Part shown: one piece after another, positions 34,924 through 42,279 of the stretch
Layout: each line of letters opens with the position of its first letter
How positions within the stretch are numbered: position 1 is the first letter of the stretch
Origin: a virus
Taxonomy: Duplodnaviria; Caudoviricetes
Reading direction: 5' to 3' (one strand)
Virus record (IMG/VR): IMGVR_UViG_3300017700_000593
Location: 1-42,564 of that record
Length of the DNA: 42,564 nt
Program-made: the position numbers and the translations under genes
Notes under the pieces: model-generated
Database searches by the model: none
What the model was told of the DNA's origin: nothing
What the model saw: only the letters and a program-made list of their open reading frames with translations

Positions 34924-35513
34924 GCTGCCTCCTGCTGGGGCTGTTGCGCGGCCCATTCGGCGCGGATCTGCTCGATCTGGTCGTCCCATCCTTCGTTGGT
35001 CTTTGCCGGCGGCCAGCGGTGCGCGCGTTCGCTCGACAGTGCCCGCTGCTCGCACTTGGCGATCTGCTCGGCAGTCAGGATCAGGCGGCCTGTCCGTTCG
35101 CTGGCGCGGCGGCACAGGTCCATCACTTCGAGCACGCACGCGCCGTAGATGCTCTGGTGGCGCGCGGCCTTGATCTTCAGCCCCTGCTCGGCATGCCATG
35201 CCTTGAACAGCCGGTCGGAGCGCGCTGATCTTGCCTCCAGCGCAGCGCGGATCGGCGGCCCAACGTCGCCATGCCCGGACGATCTGTGCGGGCCTTTGGG
35301 CAGGTGCTCAGCGAAGTCCGCCGGCACCGGGTGCAGCGCCTTGGACTTCGCCACCGTGAAGCTCGACAGGACAGCCGTGTAGGCCGATTTCAGCGTCGGC
35401 CCCTCGTGCCTGCCGCAGACATCGCGGAACACGCCGCCCCAGGCTTCCAAGGCGCGGGCGTTGAAGGACGGAAAGGCAGCGTTGAGCTTGCCCAGCAGTT
35501 CGTCGACGGTCAT
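34920..35513 (-). CDS. Hypothetical protein downstream of the initiator (helicase-loader position)
   Basis: 197-aa ORF coupled to the initiator gene. Function inferred from synteny only. Confidence 0.65.
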   Translation of the reverse strand: MTVDELLGKLNAAFPSFNARALEAWGGVFRDVCGRHEGPTLKSAYTAVLSSFTVAKSKALHPVPADFAEHLPKGPHRSSGHGDVGPPIRAALEARSARSDRLFKAWHAEQGLKIKAARHQSIYGACVLEVMDLCRRASERTGRLILTAEQIAKCEQRALSSERAHRWPPAKTNEGWDDQIEQIRAEWAAQQPQQEAA

Positions 35514-36214
35514 CAGTGCTTACTCCGCTCGATGGCTTCCGCGATTTCGCGGTCGCGCTTGGCGTACTTGTCCTCAGCCCTCTCTGCCTTGAACGTCGCG
35601 GTGATCCACGAAACAGGCTCGGAAACATTGGAACGCTGGCATGATCCGATGGCAGCCAAGACAGCCTCGTCGCCGTTGTCCTTGCGCCACTTCCCGATCA
35701 GCGAGCGGGCATTCGGTTCTTTCAGGCCGTGCTTGGTCAGGATCGCCACGCCTGCATCGAAAGCCAATTTCTTGCTGTCGACCTCCGGCGCGCCAGCGCC
35801 AGTACCGCTAGGTACTGAACTCTGTTCTGTCTCTGTCTCTGTATCTGAGGGCGTTACTGTAACGTTACGCGCGCCGTTACTGTGACGCTGCCTATGCCGT
35901 TTCACTCGCTCGTTTGAAACGTCGCTCTTGTATTGGCGGGCGTTCCAGTTGTGCGGCGTCGCGGCCGTTTCCATGTCGTCGCCAGCCGGTATGTCGACCA
36001 GCCCAGCGGCCACGAGGTCGGCAAATATGTTGGTCGCCTCCACAACGGACACGCGCAGCGAGAAGGCTACCGTTTCAGTCGGCGGGATCGCGCCGTCATT
36101 GCGGCTCGCAAGACACAGCAGGTTCACCCACGCCTTGAACAGCTTGGGCGGCAACCGCTGCACCTTGGGATCGTCCAGGGCGGCGTCGTAAAATCGGAAC
36201 CAGCGCCCGCTCAT
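35513..36214 (-). CDS. Phage replication initiator (replisome organiser-like)
   Basis: WFRFY....DDPKV...WVNLLCLAS N-terminus, RVKRHR, and a DTETETE linker. Confidence 0.8.
   Translation of the reverse strand: MSGRWFRFYDAALDDPKVQRLPPKLFKAWVNLLCLASRNDGAIPPTETVAFSLRVSVVEATNIFADLVAAGLVDIPAGDDMETAATPHNWNARQYKSDVSNERVKRHRQRHSNGARNVTVTPSDTETETEQSSVPSGTGAGAPEVDSKKLAFDAGVAILTKHGLKEPNARSLIGKWRKDNGDEAVLAAIGSCQRSNVSEPVSWITATFKAERAEDKYAKRDREIAEAIERSKH
35821..35925. other. Candidate replication origin (iteron-like repeats inside the initiator gene)
   Basis: CGTTAC occurs three times (CGTTACTGT twice), with a palindromic GTAACGTTAC and adjacent TCTGT repeats. Confidence 0.45.
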
Positions 36215-36435
36215 GTGCCCTCCGCGAGAGCGGCGTCGATCATGGCCTGCCACGTTTCACCCACGACGTGGCGCTCGTCGCAGGACACGTCCCAGCCAGC
36301 GTCCACCATGGGCGAGGTCGGCTCCCGCATGGCCTCAATAGCGGCGAGCGCCATGGCGTGATGGTTGCTCATTTCGCTGTCGGCGAGGCGGATGGCGCGA
36401 GTGACGCGATCTACCATGGATGGCTTGGCGCTCAT
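36211..36435 (-). CDS. Hypothetical protein
   Basis: A.AAIEAMREPT..M..AG...WQAMIDAAL resembles a recurrent phage mini-protein. Confidence 0.75.
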   Translation of the reverse strand: MSAKPSMVDRVTRAIRLADSEMSNHHAMALAAIEAMREPTSPMVDAGWDVSCDERHVVGETWQAMIDAALAEGT

Positions 36436-36866
36436 GCTTCACCATGGACAAGGGCGGCGCGGGGCTTTTCCATGATCAAGGCATCAATGGCGCATAGCGC
36501 GTCGATGCGAGCGGCGTTAACGGCTTCTTCTGCGGCGTTCCATGTTGAACGCGGCGATCCGTTCTCAAGCGCCGTGTCCACAACGTCGCTGCAGCGTCGA
36601 AGGAGCGCCAAGCGTTCTTCTCGCGCAAACTTCTCCGTGGCTGCGCGCAACGCGGCCGCTTCTACGTCCGGCGCGGGGATGGTGGCTCTGACGTTCCACG
36701 AGTCGGCGGCGTCGGTCGCCGACACCTTGACGGGCCCCTCAGCCTCGCACCCAGGTTTCGCGCAAGCGACGAAGAACTTGCCGAGGCCAACCAAATAGCC
36801 CGGCTCTCCGCAGAACGGGCACGGCAGAAGCGTAGGCGGATTCGTGTTAGGAAGATTCTCAGCCAA
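36432..36866 (-). CDS. Lar-like (restriction alleviation) zinc-finger protein, probable TTG start
   Basis: LLPCPFCG...VAC..PGC.AEGP......A..SWN.RA. GGAGG lies 5 nt before TTG GCT. Confidence 0.7.
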   Translation of the reverse strand: MAENLPNTNPPTLLPCPFCGEPGYLVGLGKFFVACAKPGCEAEGPVKVSATDAADSWNVRATIPAPDVEAAALRAATEKFAREERLALLRRCSDVVDTALENGSPRSTWNAAEEAVNAARIDALCAIDALIMEKPRAALVHGEA

Positions 36867-36935
36867 TACGGCCTCCACTAAAGGTCGTTGCGGTTAGAGG
36901 GGCGGCGCGCTGGTAACGTGCCGCTCCCTCGCCTT
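36861..36935 (+). ncRNA. Putative cis-antisense sRNA over the Lar-like gene start
   Basis: Hairpins ACGGCCT/AGGTCGT and GGGGCGGCGCG/CGTGCCGCTCC pair fully only on the + strand, using G-U pairs. Confidence 0.45.
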
Positions 36936-37001
36936 CTGATGTAGCAGAACGGGAGGCGAACAACCAGCGCATAATGCTGTATTTGCTGGCTTTCCCTGCC
37001 A

Positions 37002-37337
37002 TCATGACAGCCTCACGTCGACGCCGTGAATGGCCTTCATCAAGTGCTGGCGGATGCGGAACGCCGTGTCGGAATGGCCCTTGGAATCTTCAACGACCGT
37101 CTGGCCCTTCTCGACGTAGCGGAAGTCGGCCTTGAACCGCAGCGCTGGGCGAGCGCGCTTCTCGCCTGCGATCTTCACCGACGGGGCGAGCTGGTACGGG
37201 ACCTGGCGCTCGAGCTTGCTGATCTGGCCGCCACGCTCGAGCCGCCGCAGATCACCCCATCGCTTCGCCTCGCGCTTGCTGTCGAAGCGAACGCCATCAA
37301 CCACGGTCGGGACGTTGCGGTACTTGGAGCGGGTCAT
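37002..37337 (-). CDS. DUF1064-family putative nuclease
   Basis: SKYRN....VDG.RFDSKREA.R...L.RQV.Y.L...ADF.Y...VVEDSKG. Confidence 0.85.
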   Translation of the reverse strand: MTRSKYRNVPTVVDGVRFDSKREAKRWGDLRRLERGGQISKLERQVPYQLAPSVKIAGEKRARPALRFKADFRYVEKGQTVVEDSKGHSDTAFRIRQHLMKAIHGVDVRLS

Positions 37338-37549
37338 CGGGCCAGCCAATACGGCGAGCAGTTCGGGGTGCCGCCTGCGTCGAGCGTGCCTCGGTCGTAG
37401 GCGACCATGATGATGTTGCAGAGCCAGCCGTGAAACTGGCTGCCCTCCTGCACGTCGCAGTCCACGACGCCGAGCTTCTTCAACTCGGCACCCCACGCCA
37501 CGGCATCCATGCCGAGCCGGTTGAGTTGCTGCACTGCGCTCTCGCTCAC
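37334..37549 (-). CDS. Hypothetical protein whose RBS is supplied by element A3
   Basis: AGGAGTGCGACA-GTG start. Confidence 0.7.
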   Translation of the reverse strand: MSESAVQQLNRLGMDAVAWGAELKKLGVVDCDVQEGSQFHGWLCNIIMVAYDRGTLDAGGTPNCSPYWLAR

Positions 37550-37719
37550 TGTCGCACTCCTGCATCCAGGGTCCGCCCCGAGCGAAGCGAGGCACCACTC
37601 AACGCCACAATCTTCGTGGTGATGTCGCGCATGGCCTCCCAAGCCTTGGGCTTTCTGGTGATCTTCCAGAGTCTTCGCGCTTTCGCATGCTCACGACGGA
37701 GGCGGCGTAACTCGGTCAT
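37546..37719 (-). CDS. 57-aa basic protein reading through element A3
   Basis: Manual translation MTELRRLRREHAKARRLWK..., with ATGA and GTGA overlaps on both sides. Confidence 0.5.
   Translation of the reverse strand: MTELRRLRREHAKARRLWKITRKPKAWEAMRDITTKIVALSGASLRSGRTLDAGVRQ
37550..37595 (+). repeat. Family A hairpin element, copy 3 (5'-side border, antisense to the gene)
   Basis: TGTCGCACTCCT-GCAT-CCAGGGTCCGCC-CC.GA.GC.GAA.GC.GA.GG-CAC. Confidence 0.85.
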
Positions 37720-38384
37720 GCTGTCACCGCGCGACGGCGATCAAGGAATGGAGGGGGTGTAAGATCAGGGGTGCCTTCGGGTCGCGGATCACCGGCCCCG
37801 ACTTCCTGCACCGGCTTGATGGTCGAGGCGATGCGCCTGATCTTCTCCTTGAACTTCGCCCGGTCCCTGTCGACCACCCACAGCGGATCGCCCAGATCGT
37901 CGGCGGTCATCACGCGCACGTCCTCGGCAGTACCGAGGTCGTCGGCATGGCAGTCGCAGCGCGGGTAGTCGCAGGCATCGAACGCGCCCGTTGCGCCGCA
38001 GTTCGGCAGATCGACGCGGCCTAGGTCGTCTGCATGCATCTCGGGCTGGGACACTGCTGGGACAGCCAACGCCCTGTGAACGCTGGATTTTGACACCCCG
38101 CACGCCTTCGCGGCCTCGCGCAGGGACACTTCGCCGTTGCTCACCATGTCGACCGCCAGGCCAACCGCGTGCAGGTACTGGTGGCGCTTGTCGTCACGCT
38201 CTGCCCGCTTGGTGGCGTCCAGCAGAAGCTCGCGCGCCGCGAAGCGGATCATCGACGGCTCTAGGTCCGGGTCATCCTCCCGGGCGTCCTTGCAGACCTG
38301 CGTGATGTCGGCGCCGATCACCTTCTGCTGCTCTATCAGCGACTTCACCCGCTCGACGTAGGACTTGAGCTTGGCGTCGGTCAT
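37716..38384 (-). CDS. GapR (DUF2312)-like domain fused to an HTH and a repeat-containing tail
   Basis: LKSYVERVKSL.EQ.K.IGADI..V...A...R.E.D...HQYLHAVG, followed by SLREAAKACGVSKSSVHR. Confidence 0.65.
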   Translation of the reverse strand: MTDAKLKSYVERVKSLIEQQKVIGADITQVCKDAREDDPDLEPSMIRFAARELLLDATKRAERDDKRHQYLHAVGLAVDMVSNGEVSLREAAKACGVSKSSVHRALAVPAVSQPEMHADDLGRVDLPNCGATGAFDACDYPRCDCHADDLGTAEDVRVMTADDLGDPLWVVDRDRAKFKEKIRRIASTIKPVQEVGAGDPRPEGTPDLTPPPFLDRRRAVTA

Positions 38385-38644
38385 GGCTTGCCTGCCAGTC
38401 CGCAGTAGCCTTCGGTCGGCGGCACGTCGCGCACCCACCGCGATACGCTGCCGCGAGGCACGATGTACCACCCCTCGCCTTCCGGGCGCTGCTGGTCGCC
38501 GTAGCCGCACTGCTCGCGTTCTGCGGGAATCCACCGCCACGCCATCTTGCAGGCAGAGCCGACGCAGTACCGCAGCATACCCTTGGTGCTGCCGCAGTTT
38601 TCGGGGCCGATGCAAAGCTGCTTTCTGGCTTCTTCTTCGGTCAT
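38381..38644 (-). CDS. Cys-rich phage hypothetical protein
   Basis: MTEEEA...C...CVGSACKMAWRW...GYCGLAGKP. RBS and ATG come from element A4. Confidence 0.8.
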   Translation of the reverse strand: MTEEEARKQLCIGPENCGSTKGMLRYCVGSACKMAWRWIPAEREQCGYGDQQRPEGEGWYIVPRGSVSRWVRDVPPTEGYCGLAGKP

Positions 38645-38696
38645 GTCGCACTCCTGTTAGCCAAGGTCCGCCGCGAAGCGCGCAGCGCGTAGCCAC
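38644..38696 (+). repeat. Family A hairpin element, copy 4
   Basis: TGTCGCACTCCT-GTTAG-CCAAGGTCCGCC-GC.GAA.GCGC.GCA.GCGC.GTA.GC-CAC, then a C-rich tail. Confidence 0.85.
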
Positions 38697-38701
38697 TCCC
38701 C

Positions 38702-38785
38702 TCACCCATTTATCTTCAACCAGAGAAGGAGAGAGACAGTGCAGCCTCCAAGGAAGAAGCCAGCGATGAAGCCAAAGAGGAACAT
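38702..38785 (-). CDS. 27-aa hydrophobic peptide
   Basis: MFLFGFIAGFFLGGCTVSLLLWLKING, with a TGATG overlap and GGAGG RBS. Confidence 0.45.
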   Translation of the reverse strand: MFLFGFIAGFFLGGCTVSLLLWLKING

Positions 38786-38973
38786 CACCGTCCCTCCTCA
38801 TCGACTGCGCGCTCGATTGTGCGGCGCAGCTTTCGATAGGCCCCGAGCAGGCACTGCTTGCAGACGTAGACGGTGACGAAGCCGAGCTTGAACACATACG
38901 AAAAGAGGTCAGGCTCTACGTTCGTCAGCGCGAAGCCCTGCCAGCGGTGGAAACGGATGTAGAGGGCGGTCAT
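38785..38973 (-). CDS. Hypothetical protein
   Basis: MTALYIRFHRW..., with GGAGG upstream. Confidence 0.55.
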   Translation of the reverse strand: MTALYIRFHRWQGFALTNVEPDLFSYVFKLGFVTVYVCKQCLLGAYRKLRRTIERAVDEEGR

Positions 38974-39082
38974 CGCTTTAGAAGCCTCCCCCAGATCCAC
39001 TCGCTGCGAGTGAGCGGGATGCGGGCGATGGCCAGATGGTCCATGTAGAGAATCGTCAGCCAGATAGCGCGACCAAGTTCGC

Positions 39083-39610
39083 TCATTTCCCCTCGCTCAC
39101 CAGCGCCGCCTTGAGCGCCGCGATTGTTTCCGCCGAGCGTGCAAGGTCTCCCCTGCCCGCTGCTTCCTGCAGATGCGTCCAGATGCGCCTGTGCTTGATC
39201 CGGCTGACGTTGCTCTGGCGGATGCCGTAGTCGGCGGCGATTGCATCCTGCGTCCGGCCGTCAGCGATAATCGCCAGCACCTGCTCGGCGGTCAGCTTCG
39301 TGCGCCCCAGTTGCGCCCCTCGCGCTTGGCGGCCCTTGCGGCGGCGATCCGCCATATTGTCCTGGTGCGTGCCTTCGTAGAGGTGGTCAGGGTTCACGCA
39401 GGCGCGCACATCGCAGCGGTGGCAGACGAAAAGACCCGGGGTGATCGGCCCATGGAAGGCCTCGTAGGCGACACGGTGCGCATACATCTGCTTGCCGCCT
39501 CGGCATGTGAGGCCATATCCCGTGCCGTTGTCGCAGCCGAGCCACAACCAGCAGCCGCTGTTCGGCTCTGGAATCGAACCCGCTTCGATCTTCGCTTGTG
39601 ACGGCGTCAT
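39083..39610 (-). CDS. HNH homing endonuclease fused to a duplicate of the upstream gene's C-terminus
   Basis: PEPNSGCWLW...HRCDVRACVNPDHL, ending EAAGRGDLAR..ETIAALKAAL.SEGK. Confidence 0.9.
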   Translation of the reverse strand: MTPSQAKIEAGSIPEPNSGCWLWLGCDNGTGYGLTCRGGKQMYAHRVAYEAFHGPITPGLFVCHRCDVRACVNPDHLYEGTHQDNMADRRRKGRQARGAQLGRTKLTAEQVLAIIADGRTQDAIAADYGIRQSNVSRIKHRRIWTHLQEAAGRGDLARSAETIAALKAALVSEGK

Positions 39611-39927
39611 TTCCCCTCGCTGGTGAGGGCCGCCTTCAAAGCGGCAATTGTCTCTTGGTGGCGCGCGAGATCCCCGCGCCCAGCGGCTTCGAGCAGCTTG
39701 GTGCAAAGCTCGTCGTCATTGAGCATTGCTACGGTGTGTTTCCACGTCGGAGCATTGCTCGCGTCCAGCCAGTTCTTGGTTGTGCGCGGTGACGTGCCGA
39801 CCATGCGAGCAAGCACCTTCGCGCCATAGCCGCGCAGTTTCTCGGCAAGGACGGCAGTGCTGTCGTGCGTAGAAACCGTGAGCGAACTCATGGACTGAAC
39901 TTTTCGCCTCTTCCTGGGACCAAACAT
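39607..39927 (-). CDS. HTH transcriptional regulator (CII position)
   Basis: AKVLARMVGTSPRTTKNWL...NAP HTH, with a GGAG RBS. Confidence 0.7.
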   Translation of the reverse strand: MFGPRKRRKVQSMSSLTVSTHDSTAVLAEKLRGYGAKVLARMVGTSPRTTKNWLDASNAPTWKHTVAMLNDDELCTKLLEAAGRGDLARHQETIAALKAALTSEGK

Positions 39928-40318
39928 TGCGGCGCACTCCATGCAAACTCAGGGGCATGAAGACCGCCGGAACATTCCAAAGACTCGGCACTATCGCGAA
40001 CGGCTTGGCTGCCAGGCTCGTGGCCGCTCGCGACAAGATTCAGGACACACCCGTTGATAGGCGTGATGCCGGGGTGGCCGAAGAAAGAGTGACCGCACCC
40101 CGCGAGGAAGGCCCCGCGTTGCGTGGAGCAGATGCTGTCACTGAGGTTGCGCGAGTGGGGGGTGCCGGACGTGTTGGCGCTCGCGCGTTGGGAATAGCGG
40201 CCGAGCGACCCGGGGAGGGTGATCGCTCGGCCAGCGCTGCAGTCGGGAGAGGACAAACCGAGAGCAGCGCAAAGGTGATTCAGTTTGCGGCGATGGTTGC
40301 CGCACGGCCGGGACGGCT

Positions 40319-40861
40319 TCATGGCGCCCCCGCTCGGGTTGTCCCGGCCGATTTCTTGGTGAAGAACCGCCGGGGCGGGATCTGTTCGGCCGGCACATGA
40401 ACGTGCGTCCAGACCTCGCGCTTGCGGATGCGCTGCACCCAGGAGGGGGCGACGCCGTAGACCTTCGCGGCGGCCCGCTGGGCGAGCGGCGAGACGAGAA
40501 TGCCGCGGACCACATCCTCGGTGATCTTGCTGTTTTGGTTACGCTCGCCTTGCTGATATGGGCGGGGGTCTCGGCATTCGCGTCCCTTCGTCAGCATGTC
40601 GGCGATATTGTCGGCTGGCGTGCCCGCGAACAGATGGTCAGGGTTGATGCAACTCGGCACGTCGCACTTGTGGCAGGCGTACAGACCGTCGGGGATAGCC
40701 CCCTTCGCTTCCTCGAATGACAGCCGGTGCGCGAGTTGGGGGCGCCCCTCCCAAAGCATGCGCCCGTACCCCTGGCGATTTGTGTAGTCCAGCCAAAGCC
40801 AGCAGCCGGAGTTCGGCTCCGGCATCGATTTGCTCTCAAGGCGGGCGCGGAGTGGCGTCAT
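40319..40861 (-). CDS. HNH homing endonuclease
   Basis: PEPNSGCWLW..GYG..AHR..CHKCDVPSCINPDHL. Confidence 0.9.
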   Translation of the reverse strand: MTPLRARLESKSMPEPNSGCWLWLDYTNRQGYGRMLWEGRPQLAHRLSFEEAKGAIPDGLYACHKCDVPSCINPDHLFAGTPADNIADMLTKGRECRDPRPYQQGERNQNSKITEDVVRGILVSPLAQRAAAKVYGVAPSWVQRIRKREVWTHVHVPAEQIPPRRFFTKKSAGTTRAGAP

Positions 40862-41373
40862 TTGGTGAGCACCGCCATCACGGCATCATGTTGCTCGCGC
40901 CATGGCGTGTCGGTTTCCATGAGCAGATCCCCACGCCGCAATCCCGAAATTATTGTGGTGTGGTCCCGCATGCCCATCGCCCTGCCGATCGCGGGGAGGC
41001 TCAGGTCGGGCCGGAGGCGGCGAAAGAGTCGGTACGCTATCTGGCGGGCGCGGGCCTGCGGGCGGGCTCTGCGCGGTCCCAGCAGCTCTTGCGCGGGGAT
41101 CTTGGTGACTTCGGCCACGGCGGCCAGGATGGCGCTGACAGACGGTCCTGTGGGCAGCGTGGCCGCATCCATTTCCTCGGCCGCCTTGGCTGCACGACGG
41201 GCGACGATGCCCTCAATCTCCAGCTTCAGCCGGTCGTCCACCATGCGGGAGATTGCGAGCTTGGTGGCGGGTTCCTCGAGACGCTGGGCAACCTGCTTGT
41301 CGATGAAGCGGGCGTAGGTCTCGCGGCGCTGCCGGGCGGCCGTCACGATCCCGAGTTCGTCTTGCATGGGCAT
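40858..41373 (-). CDS. DnaA domain IV (Bac_DnaA_C)-like HTH protein
   Basis: I..AVAE...I....LLG.RR......ARQIA..L.R....LSLPAIGR..G.RDHTTI. Confidence 0.85.
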   Translation of the reverse strand: MPMQDELGIVTAARQRRETYARFIDKQVAQRLEEPATKLAISRMVDDRLKLEIEGIVARRAAKAAEEMDAATLPTGPSVSAILAAVAEVTKIPAQELLGPRRARPQARARQIAYRLFRRLRPDLSLPAIGRAMGMRDHTTIISGLRRGDLLMETDTPWREQHDAVMAVLTK

Positions 41374-41679
41374 CTAGGCGGCCTTTGTGTTCTTGGCGCG
41401 GTCGGACTTGTGCTGCGCGGCGCGGATGAACGCCGCGATGTCGGCGCAGGCATTCAGGTAGCCGATTTGATTCGGCAACTTCGCCTTCGACGCCGCCATC
41501 CGCACGAGTTCTTCCATGATCGCGTTGCGCGCCAAGGTGCTGCCGGCGTGCATGAGTGTCGCGACCATCTCACCGCCAGATGCAGAAGGGCCTTTAGCGG
41601 CATGCTCCAAAGGAGCCGCCCGCTGCGGCTGAACTCCAATTTCCTCTTCCCTATGGTCGAGAGAGACGGTGGAGGTCAT
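41374..41679 (-). CDS. Hypothetical protein
   Basis: ATGA overlap with the upstream gene. Confidence 0.55.
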   Translation of the reverse strand: MTSTVSLDHREEEIGVQPQRAAPLEHAAKGPSASGGEMVATLMHAGSTLARNAIMEELVRMAASKAKLPNQIGYLNACADIAAFIRAAQHKSDRAKNTKAA

Positions 41680-41999
41680 GCAGCGCTCCGCAGTTCGGCG
41701 GGGATGGCAGGGTGAGACAGGATCGAACGCGGGTAGGTCTCGATGGGCCACACCTGCCGCACGGACAGGTGGCGCAGGGCGCGATGTATCGCTTGCTCTT
41801 CGACGAACATGCCCCGGACCGTCGCGACGATGCGGCCAGGGTCCCATGGCGCGAACAAGGTGCGTTTGCGCTGCTCCAGATTGAGCGTGAAGCCGATCTT
41901 GATTTCAGGCCGGTTGAAGTATTCGGCCAGATAGATGTCGCCCTCTTCCACCCGCAGGCGGCGAAGGACGGCGCTCTTGGCGGGCGACGGGCCGGTCAC
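41676..41999 (-). CDS. GIY-YIG / T5orf172-like protein
   Basis: IYL......IKIGFT.NLEQR..TL...E.AIHRAL. GTG start overlaps the cro stop. Confidence 0.7.
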   Translation of the reverse strand: MTGPSPAKSAVLRRLRVEEGDIYLAEYFNRPEIKIGFTLNLEQRKRTLFAPWDPGRIVATVRGMFVEEQAIHRALRHLSVRQVWPIETYPRSILSHPAIPAELRSAA

Positions 42000-42223
42000 G
42001 CGGCGCTCTGCTGGGCGGGCTCGGGTGTCGGAGCGGGCGCCGGCCCGTAGATGTCCGACCGAAGATCGTGACGCGAGATGCCCGTGATGCGCTCGATCTC
42101 GAGCACGTACTTGGGCGGGATCTCTTTCCACTGCGAGATGGCGCTGGGGAAGAGGTCGAGGGCCTCAGCCAGGCGGCTCGCTCGGCCGCGTTCGGCTTTC
42201 AGGTAGTCACGGAGGGGTTCCAT
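41996..42223 (-). CDS. Cro/YdaS-like HTH regulator
   Basis: G.ASRLAEAL....SAISQW..IP......IE..TG.SRHDLR.DIYG. Confidence 0.9.
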   Translation of the reverse strand: MEPLRDYLKAERGRASRLAEALDLFPSAISQWKEIPPKYVLEIERITGISRHDLRSDIYGPAPAPTPEPAQQSAA

Positions 42224-42229
42224 GCGGCG

Positions 42230-42279
42230 AGATTAAGCCACACTGAATATAAGTCAAGATGAAATGTAAGCCACACTGC
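42230..42279 (-). promoter_or_regulatory. OR/PR-like region: three operators plus a promoter for cro
   Basis: TAAGCCACACTGA (42234-46), TAAGTCAAGATGA (42250-62) and TAAGCCACACTGC (42267-79). Minus-strand promoter is TTGACT-N16-TAATCT. Confidence 0.8.

Noticed and set aside
38998-39012. CACTCGCTGCGAGTG palindrome as another cassette element
   Set aside because: It lacks the family leaders, the terminal GCAC and the C-rich tail, and lies inside a probable small ORF.
40319-40400. HNH tail VPAEQIPPRR as a captured piece of the DnaA-like gene (IPAQELLGPRR)
   Set aside because: The similarity is too short and is internal to the upstream gene, so it cannot be distinguished from chance.
39927-40400. 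CDS in the 39.9-40.3 kb gap (either strand)
   Set aside because: The competing ORFs have low-complexity, motif-free translations and neither can be supported.
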